Shown piece by piece: positions 45,611 to 55,700 of a stretch of 64,000 bases of DNA (positions are counted from its first letter, which is position 1; each line of letters begins with the position of its first letter). Position numbers and translations under genes: made by a program. The stretch comes from Candidatus Uhrbacteria bacterium RIFOXYB12_FULL_58_10 (GTDB taxonomy: Bacteria > Patescibacteriota > Patescibacteriia > UBA9934 > GWF2-40-263). The notes under the pieces are model-generated. The model did no database searches, had not been told where the DNA came from, and saw only the letters and a program-made list of their open reading frames with translations. The stretch spans positions 16,828 through 80,827 of the forward strand of contig CALRBH010000001.1 in the NCBI GenBank assembly GCA_943354165.1, read 5' to 3'.

Positions 45611-48600
45611 ATGCGCCGATTCCTCACATCAACTCTCCTTATCTCACTCCTCCTTGCGCTCGCAGGGATCGGGATGGTTCAGGTTGGAGCGGTGCATGCG
45701 CAGGACCTGGCTACGTTCGGGGAGCAGGCGGGATTTACCACAACTGGCGACCTCACCTCGATCATTGCTCGGTTGATCCGCACCGCCATTAGTTTCCTCG
45801 GCATCATCGTAGTAATCTTCATTTTGTACGGAGGTTTCCTGTACATGACGGCCGCAGGGGATGAGACCCGCATCACAAAAGCAAAAAATACATTGAAGAA
45901 TGCCGTGATCGGTTTAGTGATCGTTCTTTCCTCGTTCTCGATCGTCACGTTTATTCTTTCCAGGCTTTCGGACGCCACGGGAACGGGAAGCATTATTGGA
46001 TCCGATGGGGGCGGCGGCTTTACTCCGCCGGGCGGGGGAACGCGCGCGAAGATTTTTGCGCTTGAGGGCAGTAATGCCGCGGCGTGCGAAGGGATCATCC
46101 AGAACATTCGACCGCAACTCGTATTCACACAGCAGGTGGACCCTGCCACGCTTGTGGGAGGGATTGTGGTGACCAACGGTGCCGTGGCTGTGCCAGGAGC
46201 GTTTACTACGTCCGGACGCACGGTGACGTTCACGCCAACGGAGGTTTGCGCGGCAGCTCCGACTGAACGCTGTCTTCCTGCAAACTCCACCATTCAAATC
46301 ACCCTCAATCCTGCCGTCCTGAAGAGCGCAAGTAAACGGCCGCTCACCTGTACCGCGGATCCAGGCTGTTCCGTGAATTACACCACCGGAAGCGCCGTGG
46401 ACACGCGTGCACCTTCGGTTTCGATGAAGGCTCCGGAGAGCGGATCATCCTTCCGACTCGGGGATATCGTTTCTTTGCAGGCGGCGGCGATTGATGATGT
46501 CGCGCCGGCGATCGTCTCCTTCACGGCGGCTGGGGATAACATCTTTGATTCATCGGATCGCACGCCGGGGACACTTCCTGGCGAGTTCTTGTTCGCGACA
46601 GATGCGTCCCAGTGGGATACGGCTGGGTTCGAGGCAGGACGTTCCGTTGCGGTCGCAGCTTCCGTGAACGATTGCGCCGGACATACCGCAAATGCTTCGT
46701 CGGTCTCCGTTTTCCTCCGTGCGGATTCCTGTTTCAACGGTCAGCTTGATACTTCACTCGGTGAAACGGATGTTGATTGTGGTGGCACAGGCGCGTTCTC
46801 CTGCGGAGCCTGCGAAGGGCAGTCGTGTACCACGAACGCGGATTGTTCCGCGACCGGCGCCTGTGAGAATGGCCGATGCGTCGCCGTTGTCCGCATCGAT
46901 TCCATTTCGCTTAACGATGGCGCACCTGGGAACTTTGTCTCTATCAACGGCGTCGGGTTCGGAACGACGCCAGGTCCGGTGGCATTTCTTGGAGCCGCGG
47001 CGGGCGATGCAACAAACGCTCAGGTCGTTTCATGCGACACGGTGGTTCAGTGGGCACCTACCCAGATCATCGTGCAGGTTCCCGCTGGCGCAAAAGACGG
47101 ACCGATCCGCATTACGAATGCGGCGGGCCAAATCGACAGTTCAAACGACGATCGCGGAGCTACGTTCCAGCCATTCGACGTGAATGGCGTTGAGCGTCCA
47201 GGATTATGTGCACCATCTGTGGTGCTTCCGGGTCTCGGCGCTCCAGGCGACACGGTTCGAATTTCTGCTTCGAAACTTGGATCGGATCGCGGTAGCTCGA
47301 TGCTGTTTTTCTCGGACGTTCAGGCGAGTGCATATCTCTCCTGGGGTGACACTTTGGTGTCCGCAATTATCCCTAACGTGAACGCACGCGCCCATTCCGT
47401 CCAAGCGTTTGTTGGGGATAACCGGTGTACGATTACGACGACGCTTGCCTGTGAACGCGACGCCGATTGCGGTCCGGCCGGCGGCGTTTGTGCGTTCAAC
47501 CGCCAGGGTTCGAACATCGTGAAGCTCAACGTGGTTTCCTCGAGCACTACAAGCGCACCGCTCCTCTCGACGGTTTCACCAGCAACGGGACCGATCGGGC
47601 AAACCATTACGCTCGCTGGGAACGGATTCGGCACCACGCGCGGTACTGTGCGGCTTGTAAGTGCGGCGGACGATTCCAAGGTTGCTCTCGCAAGCATTGA
47701 TTTTCCTGCGGCTTGCGGCGACGGACTCTGGCGCGATGATCTCGTGACCGTGATTGTTCCGGCCGCCTATCAGGGTGCGGGCGGAGCGGTGCAGCCAGGC
47801 GTTCATAAGATGCGCGTCGTGCGCACGCCGGACGGTACGGGATCAAATGAAATCGACTTTACGATCACTGCAGGCGTTCCAGGGCCAAGCATCTGTAAGA
47901 TCGATCCAGTTTCCGGTCCAATCGGAACTCCTCTCACTATTTCCGGCGCCAAGCTCGGAACCCAGAAGGGAACCGCGACGTTCTTCGGCGTAGCGGCTCC
48001 GGTCGCGGCCCCGGCGGAATCAAGCTGGTCTGCGGATGCCATCACGAATTTCCCGGTTCCTGTTGGCGCACAAACGGGTCCGATGAGCGTACAGACCGCA
48101 GGGGCAGCGGGGGTTTCGTCAAACACGCTGCCGTTCCAGGTTTCTGATTGTCGTCAGGCCAACAACGTCTGCCCAGTTGGATCCGAATGCTGTGGCAATG
48201 GAACGTGTGCCACTTCTTGTGCCCCATCCATCGAGGAAGCGTATTACATGTGGCGCACCTCCACCGGCCCGATTCCAAAGGTCCCGCGGGTGATCGTTCA
48301 GTGTAACGATGAGCTGCTTTCGCAGTCCCCGTGGGAAGGATTCAGCACACCTTCGCATGTCTGTCTGGAAGCGGATGTTGTTGCGACCTTCTCCGTCGGC
48401 GCAGACATTGCGGCGCCGATCATGGACATCACGACGCTCACCGCGGCAAACATTCAAGTCGAGAAGTGCGCAGCCTCTGGATCGGATCCGTGCGGAGACG
48501 GAAAACGCACGCAAGGACCGGTCGGGGTAATTGTTCCTACCGATTCGAGTTTCAAGTTTACGCATGCAGCGCCGTTTGAGCCGAGCACGCGCTATCGCGT

Positions 48601-51600
48601 GACGCTCAAGGGCGGTTCCGCAGCAGGAGTCATTCGTTCGGCGGCACCAGCATTTGTTCCCATGGAATCGGATTACAGCTGGGAATTCGTCACCGCCGCC
48701 GCGGGGACAGCCTGTACTATGGGTTCCGTTTCTGTTTCGCCGCGTGCCTCGCTTATTCTGAATGTGAACGGAAAGACCTCGTTCCTCAGCGCTCCTCGTG
48801 ATGCGCAGGACAGCTGCATCCAGCTTCCTTGTAAGGTAAGTCAGGGTTGGGTGTGGACTCCTGTTGGTAACCCAATCGCCACGCTTGTTTCCCCCGTTGC
48901 TAGCATTCCGCCAAATCCAGACGGTGATGCTTGCCGTGCCGAAGCGACGGCCTTGAAGGAAACCCCCATCGGCGCTCCGCTCAAAATCCGCGCCACTGCG
49001 ACCGATGCACCAGGCGATCCATTCGGGGAAGCGGACCTTACTATTACGTTCCTGGAACCGAAGGTCATCTCCTTTATTCCTGCCTGCGATACCGCCTGCA
49101 TCAACGCGCTTCTTGAAGCGGAGTTCAACGTCGCCATGAATCCCGCGACCATTTCGACGGGGACGGTTCGTGTCTTCTCCTGTATCAATGCCCTTTGTCT
49201 CGATGGTCTTACGCCGGTTTCGATTCTTGCACCAACATACAACGGCTTTTCTGGGAAAAACCTGCTTTCTATCACCACACAAACCGACCTTGCCCCGAAC
49301 ACCTATCACCGCGTGATCCTTTCCGGGAACATTGAATCGGCGAATAGTATCAAGCTCTCGCGCTCCGGAGGGAACTTCAAAAAGCGCGGGGAAGACGGAC
49401 CGACCAATGAGGACTACTCGTGGATTTTCCGGACAAAGAGCGACGATTCCGCCACGACCATCAACGAAGCGCTTTGCCGCATCGTTCGCGTTGAGGTGAA
49501 GCCGGAATCCGCCACCGTACAGGTGATTGGCGAGCGCGCGGAGTTCGTGGCTTCGCCGTTCAGTGCGCCGGACGAATGTTCCGCGGAAGGGCAGAAGATT
49601 AAGGGGACGGGGATTGTCTGGCAGCCGTGGACGAGCGCGGACGTGGCCGACAATGTTCCGGATCCAGTTCGGGCGGCCGCGATGTTGAACTCGCCAGGCA
49701 TTTCCGGTGGCGTACAGACCATCGCCACCCTTCCTGCCGCGTGTACGTCTTCTTGCGTGCTTGCGGGAAACACCCTGACCGGACTTTCCGCCTGCGGAGA
49801 CAGCACCACCGATCTGCTCGCAGGCGAAGAATGCGACGACGGAAACCAAACGAACAATGACGGCTGCTCATCGGTTTGTCTGCACGAAGGAAGCCAAGCG
49901 ACAACCTGCGGTGACCGTTTCTCGAATCCTGGCGAAGAATGTGACGACGGAGGCCGAGTAAACGGTGACGGTTGCTCTTCCGTATGTTTGCGTGAGGGAT
50001 CCATCGTGGCCAACCAATGCGGAAACGGCTTCCTTGATGGCGATGTAATCATCGGCGGGGAAGAGTGCGATACTCTCCTTTCGCCTACCGGCTGTTCTTC
50101 CGAATGTCTCTTCACTGGCAATAGTGTTTCAAACGCGACGGGCCGCTGCGGGAACGGCACGATCGAAGCGTCCGCGGGCGAGCAGTGTGACGGCGGAGCA
50201 AAGTGTTCCTCGCGCTGTCTCCTTGTGGGAAATTTGAATAACGATTGCGGTGACGGAAACATCGATGCAGGCGAAGCTTGTGATGATGCGAACCGTTTGA
50301 ACGAAGATGGTTGTTCATCGATCTGTCTGCGCGAAGGTTCGTCTGCGTTCTATCCGACCGCTTCATTCTGCGGGGATACGCGCGTGGGCATCGGGGAGGA
50401 TCCGGCTTGTGAATCGCCATCAGGAACGGCGGTCGCGGCGGGTCCTTACAGCGCCATGCAGTCATTGCCGGCCGCCGAACAAGAGATCGAAACAGACACG
50501 AAGATCGCCGTCACGCGCCTCACCGCGAGCGTGGGCGGACAGTCGGATACCGCCACGTTCAACATGGAGTGTTCCTGCCAGAGCGATAACGCCTGTGGAA
50601 ATACGAACGTGAACGGTTGTGGATTGTCTGGTTGCTGTTCCGTACGCCCGACAATTGTTTCCACCGTTCCGACAAATGGTCAGTCAAGCGTGTGTCGCAA
50701 CACGGAAGTAAAGGTGCATTTCGACAAGCCGATGGATCAGGCTTCGTTTAACGACCACGCCTACCTTGAACTGGTTGGTGCGGGCGCCAACTGTCCATCG
50801 ACACATACCCGAGTCGCCTCGGCCAACGGCGGATGGTTCGCTGGATTTGTTCAAAGCGTGCGTGATGCCATTACTTGGCTCGTGGGGAGCGAAGCGAATG
50901 CGGCACCCGTCCCAGGATCCTGCATTGTTCCAATCACGTTCCGCACCGCGCCGAATGCGGGCGGATCTGACGTATTCCTGCAGCTTAGCCAAGCGCTGAT
51001 TCCAAACGCTACCTATCGCATCGTGGTTGAACGTGATGGAAATGCTTCTGATGCGATTCGCGACGGCGTATTGAGTACAGCCGGGGTTGGGCTCGTAAAG
51101 GGTCCGGCGGACACGCAGATCAACTTCACCTCATCGTTCACTACCGGCGGAACCGTTTGCGGCCTCGATGCGGTTGAGGTGACCGATCTCGGACGCACGG
51201 ACGCGAGCGACCTCATCAAGAAGAGCCCTGGATTCTTCTCGAAGCAAAATGAAACGCACACGCTGCACGCCACGGACCTTTCCAAACAGAACGGTCAGCT
51301 TGAGCCTATTCAGCCGATCGTCGGATCTTACTCGTGGACTCACGCTTGGGTTTCGACGCCGATTGATACGACGCCTGAAAACGTGATTAGCCTCGCCTTG
51401 CCAGTGCCCGCACCTGCCGGTCCTGTCGTGCAGGAAATGATCGCAAGGTCCGTCGGGAAAAACGGTGAGGAAACCGTTACGGTAAATGCTGCGATCACGA
51501 CAGACGTTTTCAATACGCCAACCACTACTGGACGCATCGTGAAGGGGACCACCACCCTTATCGCGTTCGTGTGTGAAAACCCATGGCCGAAGTTTGACGA

Positions 51601-52768
51601 CGGCATTCCGTTCGTGGAGGACGGCGTGCCTGTCGGCGGCGGAAATCCGGTCAATCCGACCAACTTCAGCTTCTTCTTCTGCCGAGACGCCGGCGCTCCC
51701 GGGGAGGCTGGAGACTTGCCTGACATGACCGATGTCCGCGTGCTTACGTCTCCAACATCGAACATCCTTAAGGAAATGCTGTTCACGCTCCCATCTACCG
51801 GTGACGCGGTCGGGGTGAAAGTGATTGCGAACCCTGATTATCTCCCACCGGAAATCTGGTACCAGAAACAATTGTTCACCGGCAATCCAAGCGCGGCGAC
51901 TGTGGACGGATACGAGGCCGTGCGCGACGGCGACACGCTTTACACGCTTGCTGCGAACCAGATCGGCGACATCTTCCCGAACATTTACGTGGTTTCGATG
52001 AGCAACAACCCGAACCCGGAGTCGCGCAAAGTGTTCGACCAGGTGCTCGCCAACTTCCGGTTCAATGCGAATACGGATGCCGTCACGAACGTGAACGTGT
52101 GCGTGAAGGGGAATGGGTTCGTAAAGGTGAACGCCGCCGGTGTCGAGGATCCCGCGGGTCAATTAATCGGCTGTACCTCGGATCTCGATTGTTCCAAGGT
52201 GGCCGGTGCCACCTGTGATGCGGACAAGGCAAAATTGCGCCGCGATACGCGCCGTCTCTCGGATGTGATTCGCGTGAGGGAAGCGCTTGTGGCCTATGGC
52301 CGCACGCACGGTCACTGCGAGCTTACGAAGTCACAATTCTGTACGACCAGTTTCCAGTGTCCTGTCGCCGCCTCCGGAGCATTCGAACGCTGTCTTCCAG
52401 AGGTCCCGGCGCTCGCCGAAGGTTCGTTCATCCGCGCGATGTCCACCAGCGCCTGGCCGTCCTGGACGGATGCGCTCGCGAAGGATCTCGGAAAAGCATT
52501 GCCGATCGATCCGCTTAACAAGTTCGCCGGATGTACCGGTGCCGCCGCGGACAAGGAAACCTGTTTCGATTCCGCCGCAGGCACGTTCCAGTGCAGCGTC
52601 GGCAGCCACGTGTACGGCTACCAGAGCGTCGCCGGGGAAACCTATACGTTCACCTCCTCGCTCGAGCACAACGGCGCCAAGTGGTTCTTCCCGATTGACG
52701 CCAACCCGAGCGACAATGCGCTGCTTCGGGTAGAATATCCACCAGGCACCCCAGGTGTCTCCCCATAA
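45611..52768 (+). CDS. Giant 2385-aa surface protein: pilin module, Ig-like, IPT/TIG and Cys-rich repeats
   Basis: YGGFLYMTAAGD...AK..LKNAVIGL; P..G..G..ITL.G.GFG units; CG[DN]G....GE.CDDGN...DGCS..C repeats. Confidence 0.85.
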   Translation: MRRFLTSTLLISLLLALAGIGMVQVGAVHAQDLATFGEQAGFTTTGDLTSIIARLIRTAISFLGIIVVIFILYGGFLYMTAAGDETRITKAKNTLKNAVIGLVIVLSSFSIVTFILSRLSDATGTGSIIGSDGGGGFTPPGGGTRAKIFALEGSNAAACEGIIQNIRPQLVFTQQVDPATLVGGIVVTNGAVAVPGAFTTSGRTVTFTPTEVCAAAPTERCLPANSTIQITLNPAVLKSASKRPLTCTADPGCSVNYTTGSAVDTRAPSVSMKAPESGSSFRLGDIVSLQAAAIDDVAPAIVSFTAAGDNIFDSSDRTPGTLPGEFLFATDASQWDTAGFEAGRSVAVAASVNDCAGHTANASSVSVFLRADSCFNGQLDTSLGETDVDCGGTGAFSCGACEGQSCTTNADCSATGACENGRCVAVVRIDSISLNDGAPGNFVSINGVGFGTTPGPVAFLGAAAGDATNAQVVSCDTVVQWAPTQIIVQVPAGAKDGPIRITNAAGQIDSSNDDRGATFQPFDVNGVERPGLCAPSVVLPGLGAPGDTVRISASKLGSDRGSSMLFFSDVQASAYLSWGDTLVSAIIPNVNARAHSVQAFVGDNRCTITTTLACERDADCGPAGGVCAFNRQGSNIVKLNVVSSSTTSAPLLSTVSPATGPIGQTITLAGNGFGTTRGTVRLVSAADDSKVALASIDFPAACGDGLWRDDLVTVIVPAAYQGAGGAVQPGVHKMRVVRTPDGTGSNEIDFTITAGVPGPSICKIDPVSGPIGTPLTISGAKLGTQKGTATFFGVAAPVAAPAESSWSADAITNFPVPVGAQTGPMSVQTAGAAGVSSNTLPFQVSDCRQANNVCPVGSECCGNGTCATSCAPSIEEAYYMWRTSTGPIPKVPRVIVQCNDELLSQSPWEGFSTPSHVCLEADVVATFSVGADIAAPIMDITTLTAANIQVEKCAASGSDPCGDGKRTQGPVGVIVPTDSSFKFTHAAPFEPSTRYRVTLKGGSAAGVIRSAAPAFVPMESDYSWEFVTAAAGTACTMGSVSVSPRASLILNVNGKTSFLSAPRDAQDSCIQLPCKVSQGWVWTPVGNPIATLVSPVASIPPNPDGDACRAEATALKETPIGAPLKIRATATDAPGDPFGEADLTITFLEPKVISFIPACDTACINALLEAEFNVAMNPATISTGTVRVFSCINALCLDGLTPVSILAPTYNGFSGKNLLSITTQTDLAPNTYHRVILSGNIESANSIKLSRSGGNFKKRGEDGPTNEDYSWIFRTKSDDSATTINEALCRIVRVEVKPESATVQVIGERAEFVASPFSAPDECSAEGQKIKGTGIVWQPWTSADVADNVPDPVRAAAMLNSPGISGGVQTIATLPAACTSSCVLAGNTLTGLSACGDSTTDLLAGEECDDGNQTNNDGCSSVCLHEGSQATTCGDRFSNPGEECDDGGRVNGDGCSSVCLREGSIVANQCGNGFLDGDVIIGGEECDTLLSPTGCSSECLFTGNSVSNATGRCGNGTIEASAGEQCDGGAKCSSRCLLVGNLNNDCGDGNIDAGEACDDANRLNEDGCSSICLREGSSAFYPTASFCGDTRVGIGEDPACESPSGTAVAAGPYSAMQSLPAAEQEIETDTKIAVTRLTASVGGQSDTATFNMECSCQSDNACGNTNVNGCGLSGCCSVRPTIVSTVPTNGQSSVCRNTEVKVHFDKPMDQASFNDHAYLELVGAGANCPSTHTRVASANGGWFAGFVQSVRDAITWLVGSEANAAPVPGSCIVPITFRTAPNAGGSDVFLQLSQALIPNATYRIVVERDGNASDAIRDGVLSTAGVGLVKGPADTQINFTSSFTTGGTVCGLDAVEVTDLGRTDASDLIKKSPGFFSKQNETHTLHATDLSKQNGQLEPIQPIVGSYSWTHAWVSTPIDTTPENVISLALPVPAPAGPVVQEMIARSVGKNGEETVTVNAAITTDVFNTPTTTGRIVKGTTTLIAFVCENPWPKFDDGIPFVEDGVPVGGGNPVNPTNFSFFFCRDAGAPGEAGDLPDMTDVRVLTSPTSNILKEMLFTLPSTGDAVGVKVIANPDYLPPEIWYQKQLFTGNPSAATVDGYEAVRDGDTLYTLAANQIGDIFPNIYVVSMSNNPNPESRKVFDQVLANFRFNANTDAVTNVNVCVKGNGFVKVNAAGVEDPAGQLIGCTSDLDCSKVAGATCDADKAKLRRDTRRLSDVIRVREALVAYGRTHGHCELTKSQFCTTSFQCPVAASGAFERCLPEVPALAEGSFIRAMSTSAWPSWTDALAKDLGKALPIDPLNKFAGCTGAAADKETCFDSAAGTFQCSVGSHVYGYQSVAGETYTFTSSLEHNGAKWFFPIDANPSDNALLRVEYPPGTPGVSP

Positions 52769-52770
52769 GT

Positions 52771-55700
52771 ATGATTGCTCGCGCGCGATTCCAACCGTTC
52801 CGCGTTCTTGTCCTCGTCCTGTTCATCGTGTTCGGGACCGGGCTTATCGATCTTCAACCGGCACTTGCGGTCGCGCCGCGCGTTACAGGCTTCTTTGTTC
52901 CATTCCCTGCGGCGGACGGTACATTCACGGTTGGTACTACTGTGGTTATTGGCCTCACGTTCGACCAAGACGTGACTCTGACAGGCACTCCACAGCTGAT
53001 TTTGAATACCGGTTCTCCGGCGACGACGACCATAAATCTCACCAGGTTCAATTCACCCCGAACGTTCCTGTTTAACTACGCAATAACAGCAGGAAATTCT
53101 TCCCCCGACCTGAGTTATGTTAATTCGAGCTCGCTCGTATGTGTTTCCCCTTGTGTAATAAGGAACGCTGGGAACGAGCTCGCCAATCTCCAGCTTCCGG
53201 CGCCTGGCACCGCTGGCTCCCTCAGTGCTGTCAGAAACATCGTGATCGACGCGGTTGCTCCAAGTCAGCCTAGTATTGATTTTGACGCTGCGGACGATAC
53301 TGGTTCATCCACCACGGACAATATCACCAACAAAACATCCGGTTTGACGTTCTCCGGCCGCGCTGAAGCAAATTCCACGGTAAGACTTCTGGAAGGGAGT
53401 ACGGTCCTGGGCACAACCACCGCTCTCGCGAATAACACCTGGAGCATCGACCCCGTCTCACTAGCGGCGGGTGTTCACCCTGTGCGGGTAACTTCGACGG
53501 ATGCCGTTGGGAACGTGTCGGTGGCTTCAACTATTATTTCGTTAACGGTAGACACGACTCGCCCCACAGTTACGATCAACAAAACGGCCGCCCAGGCCGA
53601 TCCGACTGGTACACAGCCGATTGGATTTACGACGACGTTTACCGAAACCGTGACTGGATTCATCGGTACTGACGTGACTACATCAGCGAGTACGGCTCCT
53701 GGAACGAAGACGATAAATATTACCGGAGGTCAAGCGACCTATACTGCTTCTGTGTCCGGCGCGACCGGCACGGGAACCATCGTCGCGTCCATCGCTGCAG
53801 GCGTGGCAAGCGATACGGCAGGGAACCTGAACCTCGCCTCCACGAGCACGGACAATTCCGTGCAGTTCAACGCACCACCTCCACCACCTCCCCCAGCTCC
53901 TGCCCCTCCCACCGTCCTCTCCATCACACGGATCGACCCGTCACCCACCAGCGCCTCGACGGTTTCCTGGTCCGTGAGATTCAGCGAGCCCGTCCTGAAT
54001 GTAGATGCGACGGATTTTCACCTCTCCCCCATAAGCCTTACGGGATCAGGTAATATTCGGCTTTTGACGCAAGGATCCGGTCTTGCGGTATATACGGTTG
54101 CGGCGGATACGGGAACGGTCGCGGCCCCTGGCCCAGGAACGCTCAGGCTCGACCTTTTAGATAACGATTCCATTACGAGCGCAGCTAATTCGATATCACT
54201 CGGGGGTCCGGGTGCCGGCAACGCAAGCCTAAAGGGTGAGGAATACACGATCTCCGCCGCCGCTCCCGTACCTCCTGATCTTCTCAACACTATTATCTCA
54301 AGCGCGGTCGCCAATACCGAGCCGCCAACCAATGGGGTCTTCATTAACACTTCGGGGACTCCCACAAGCACGACGTTACGCAACGTTCGGGTTACGTTCG
54401 ATAGCAATAAGGCTGGAAGCGACACGTTTGCCTGTAAGATCGATGCGGAACAGTTCGCGCCATGCACTTCTCAATTCACTCGATCCGGTTTGAGTGTGGG
54501 CTCTCATACGTTTTCGGTTCAAGCCTCCCTTGGCGCAGAAACGGATGCGTCACCGGCGAGTTTTTCTTGGACGATCACGGCGGCGGCAACGGACTCGACT
54601 CCGGCCGTGCTTACATTTAACACTCCAGGCTCCGGCGCTGTCGTGAATGGGACTGTTTCTGTTTCCATTTCGGCAACAGACGCCTCGATGCCGGTCAGTG
54701 TGGCGTTGGCCGTGCCGTGTGGAAGCGTCTCAGGCGCGAACCCGCAATCCGTCGGCGCCGCGGGCGCAGCGACCTTTAGTTGGAATACATTGGGGGGTAC
54801 GGCATGCGTAAACGGCAACAGAATCCTTTCTGCCATTGGACGTGACTCTGCTTCGCCCGCGAACACCTCCGCGGCAGTTACGCGTACGGTGAACGTAAAC
54901 AATGTGGCACAGGTCGCACCTCCTCCGATCCCAAACACGACGGATACTGACGGCGACGGCGTTCTCGATGTGAACGATGGGGCGGCGAATGATCCCTGTG
55001 TTCCCAATGCAAGTTCTCCTGCATGTCCACCACCTCCAGCTGGAGGGACTATTACGCTTTTCTCAAATCCAGGAAGCGGGGCTGGTACCGCGTCAGTATG
55101 TGTACAGACCGGCGCCGGACCGTCTTCCGTCAACATCCCTTCAACCGGCTTCGTTTCCGCTCCGCTCTTCTGCCCGGCGACCGGCTCCAATCCGTTCGGA
55201 AGTTCTGCGACGTGCGGAGATGGCGTGAAGGGTCCGTTCGAGGTTTGCGAGATCGGGGAAGTGAAAACGGATACCGCGAGCTGTAACGCTCCCGTGTGTA
55301 CAAGGGGAGGCATCCGGAATTTCTTCTGCATAAAGGATCTGAACAACGGTGCGTGTCGATTCCAGACGGTGTCAGATTCCAACCTCGCTTCCTGCGTTCC
55401 ATTTAGCTGCGGAAACGGGGCGGTGGATCCTGGGGAAGCGTGCGATGACGGAATTTTAAACGGCACGCAAGGACATTGCGGCCCTGATTGCAGTTTCGCC
55501 AGTGCCTTCTTCTGCGGCGACGGATTCCTCGGTGGAGGCGAACAGTGTGACTGCGGAAACTCTGACGCAAACCGCACGAAACCGAATTCGTTTGCTCTCT
55601 TGAGGAGTTGTTCCAAGGTAAATGGCCAGTACACGACAGGGACGGGGATCAGCTGCGACTTTGACTGTACGGCCCCTGGTCCTTCCTGCGGGGACGCAAT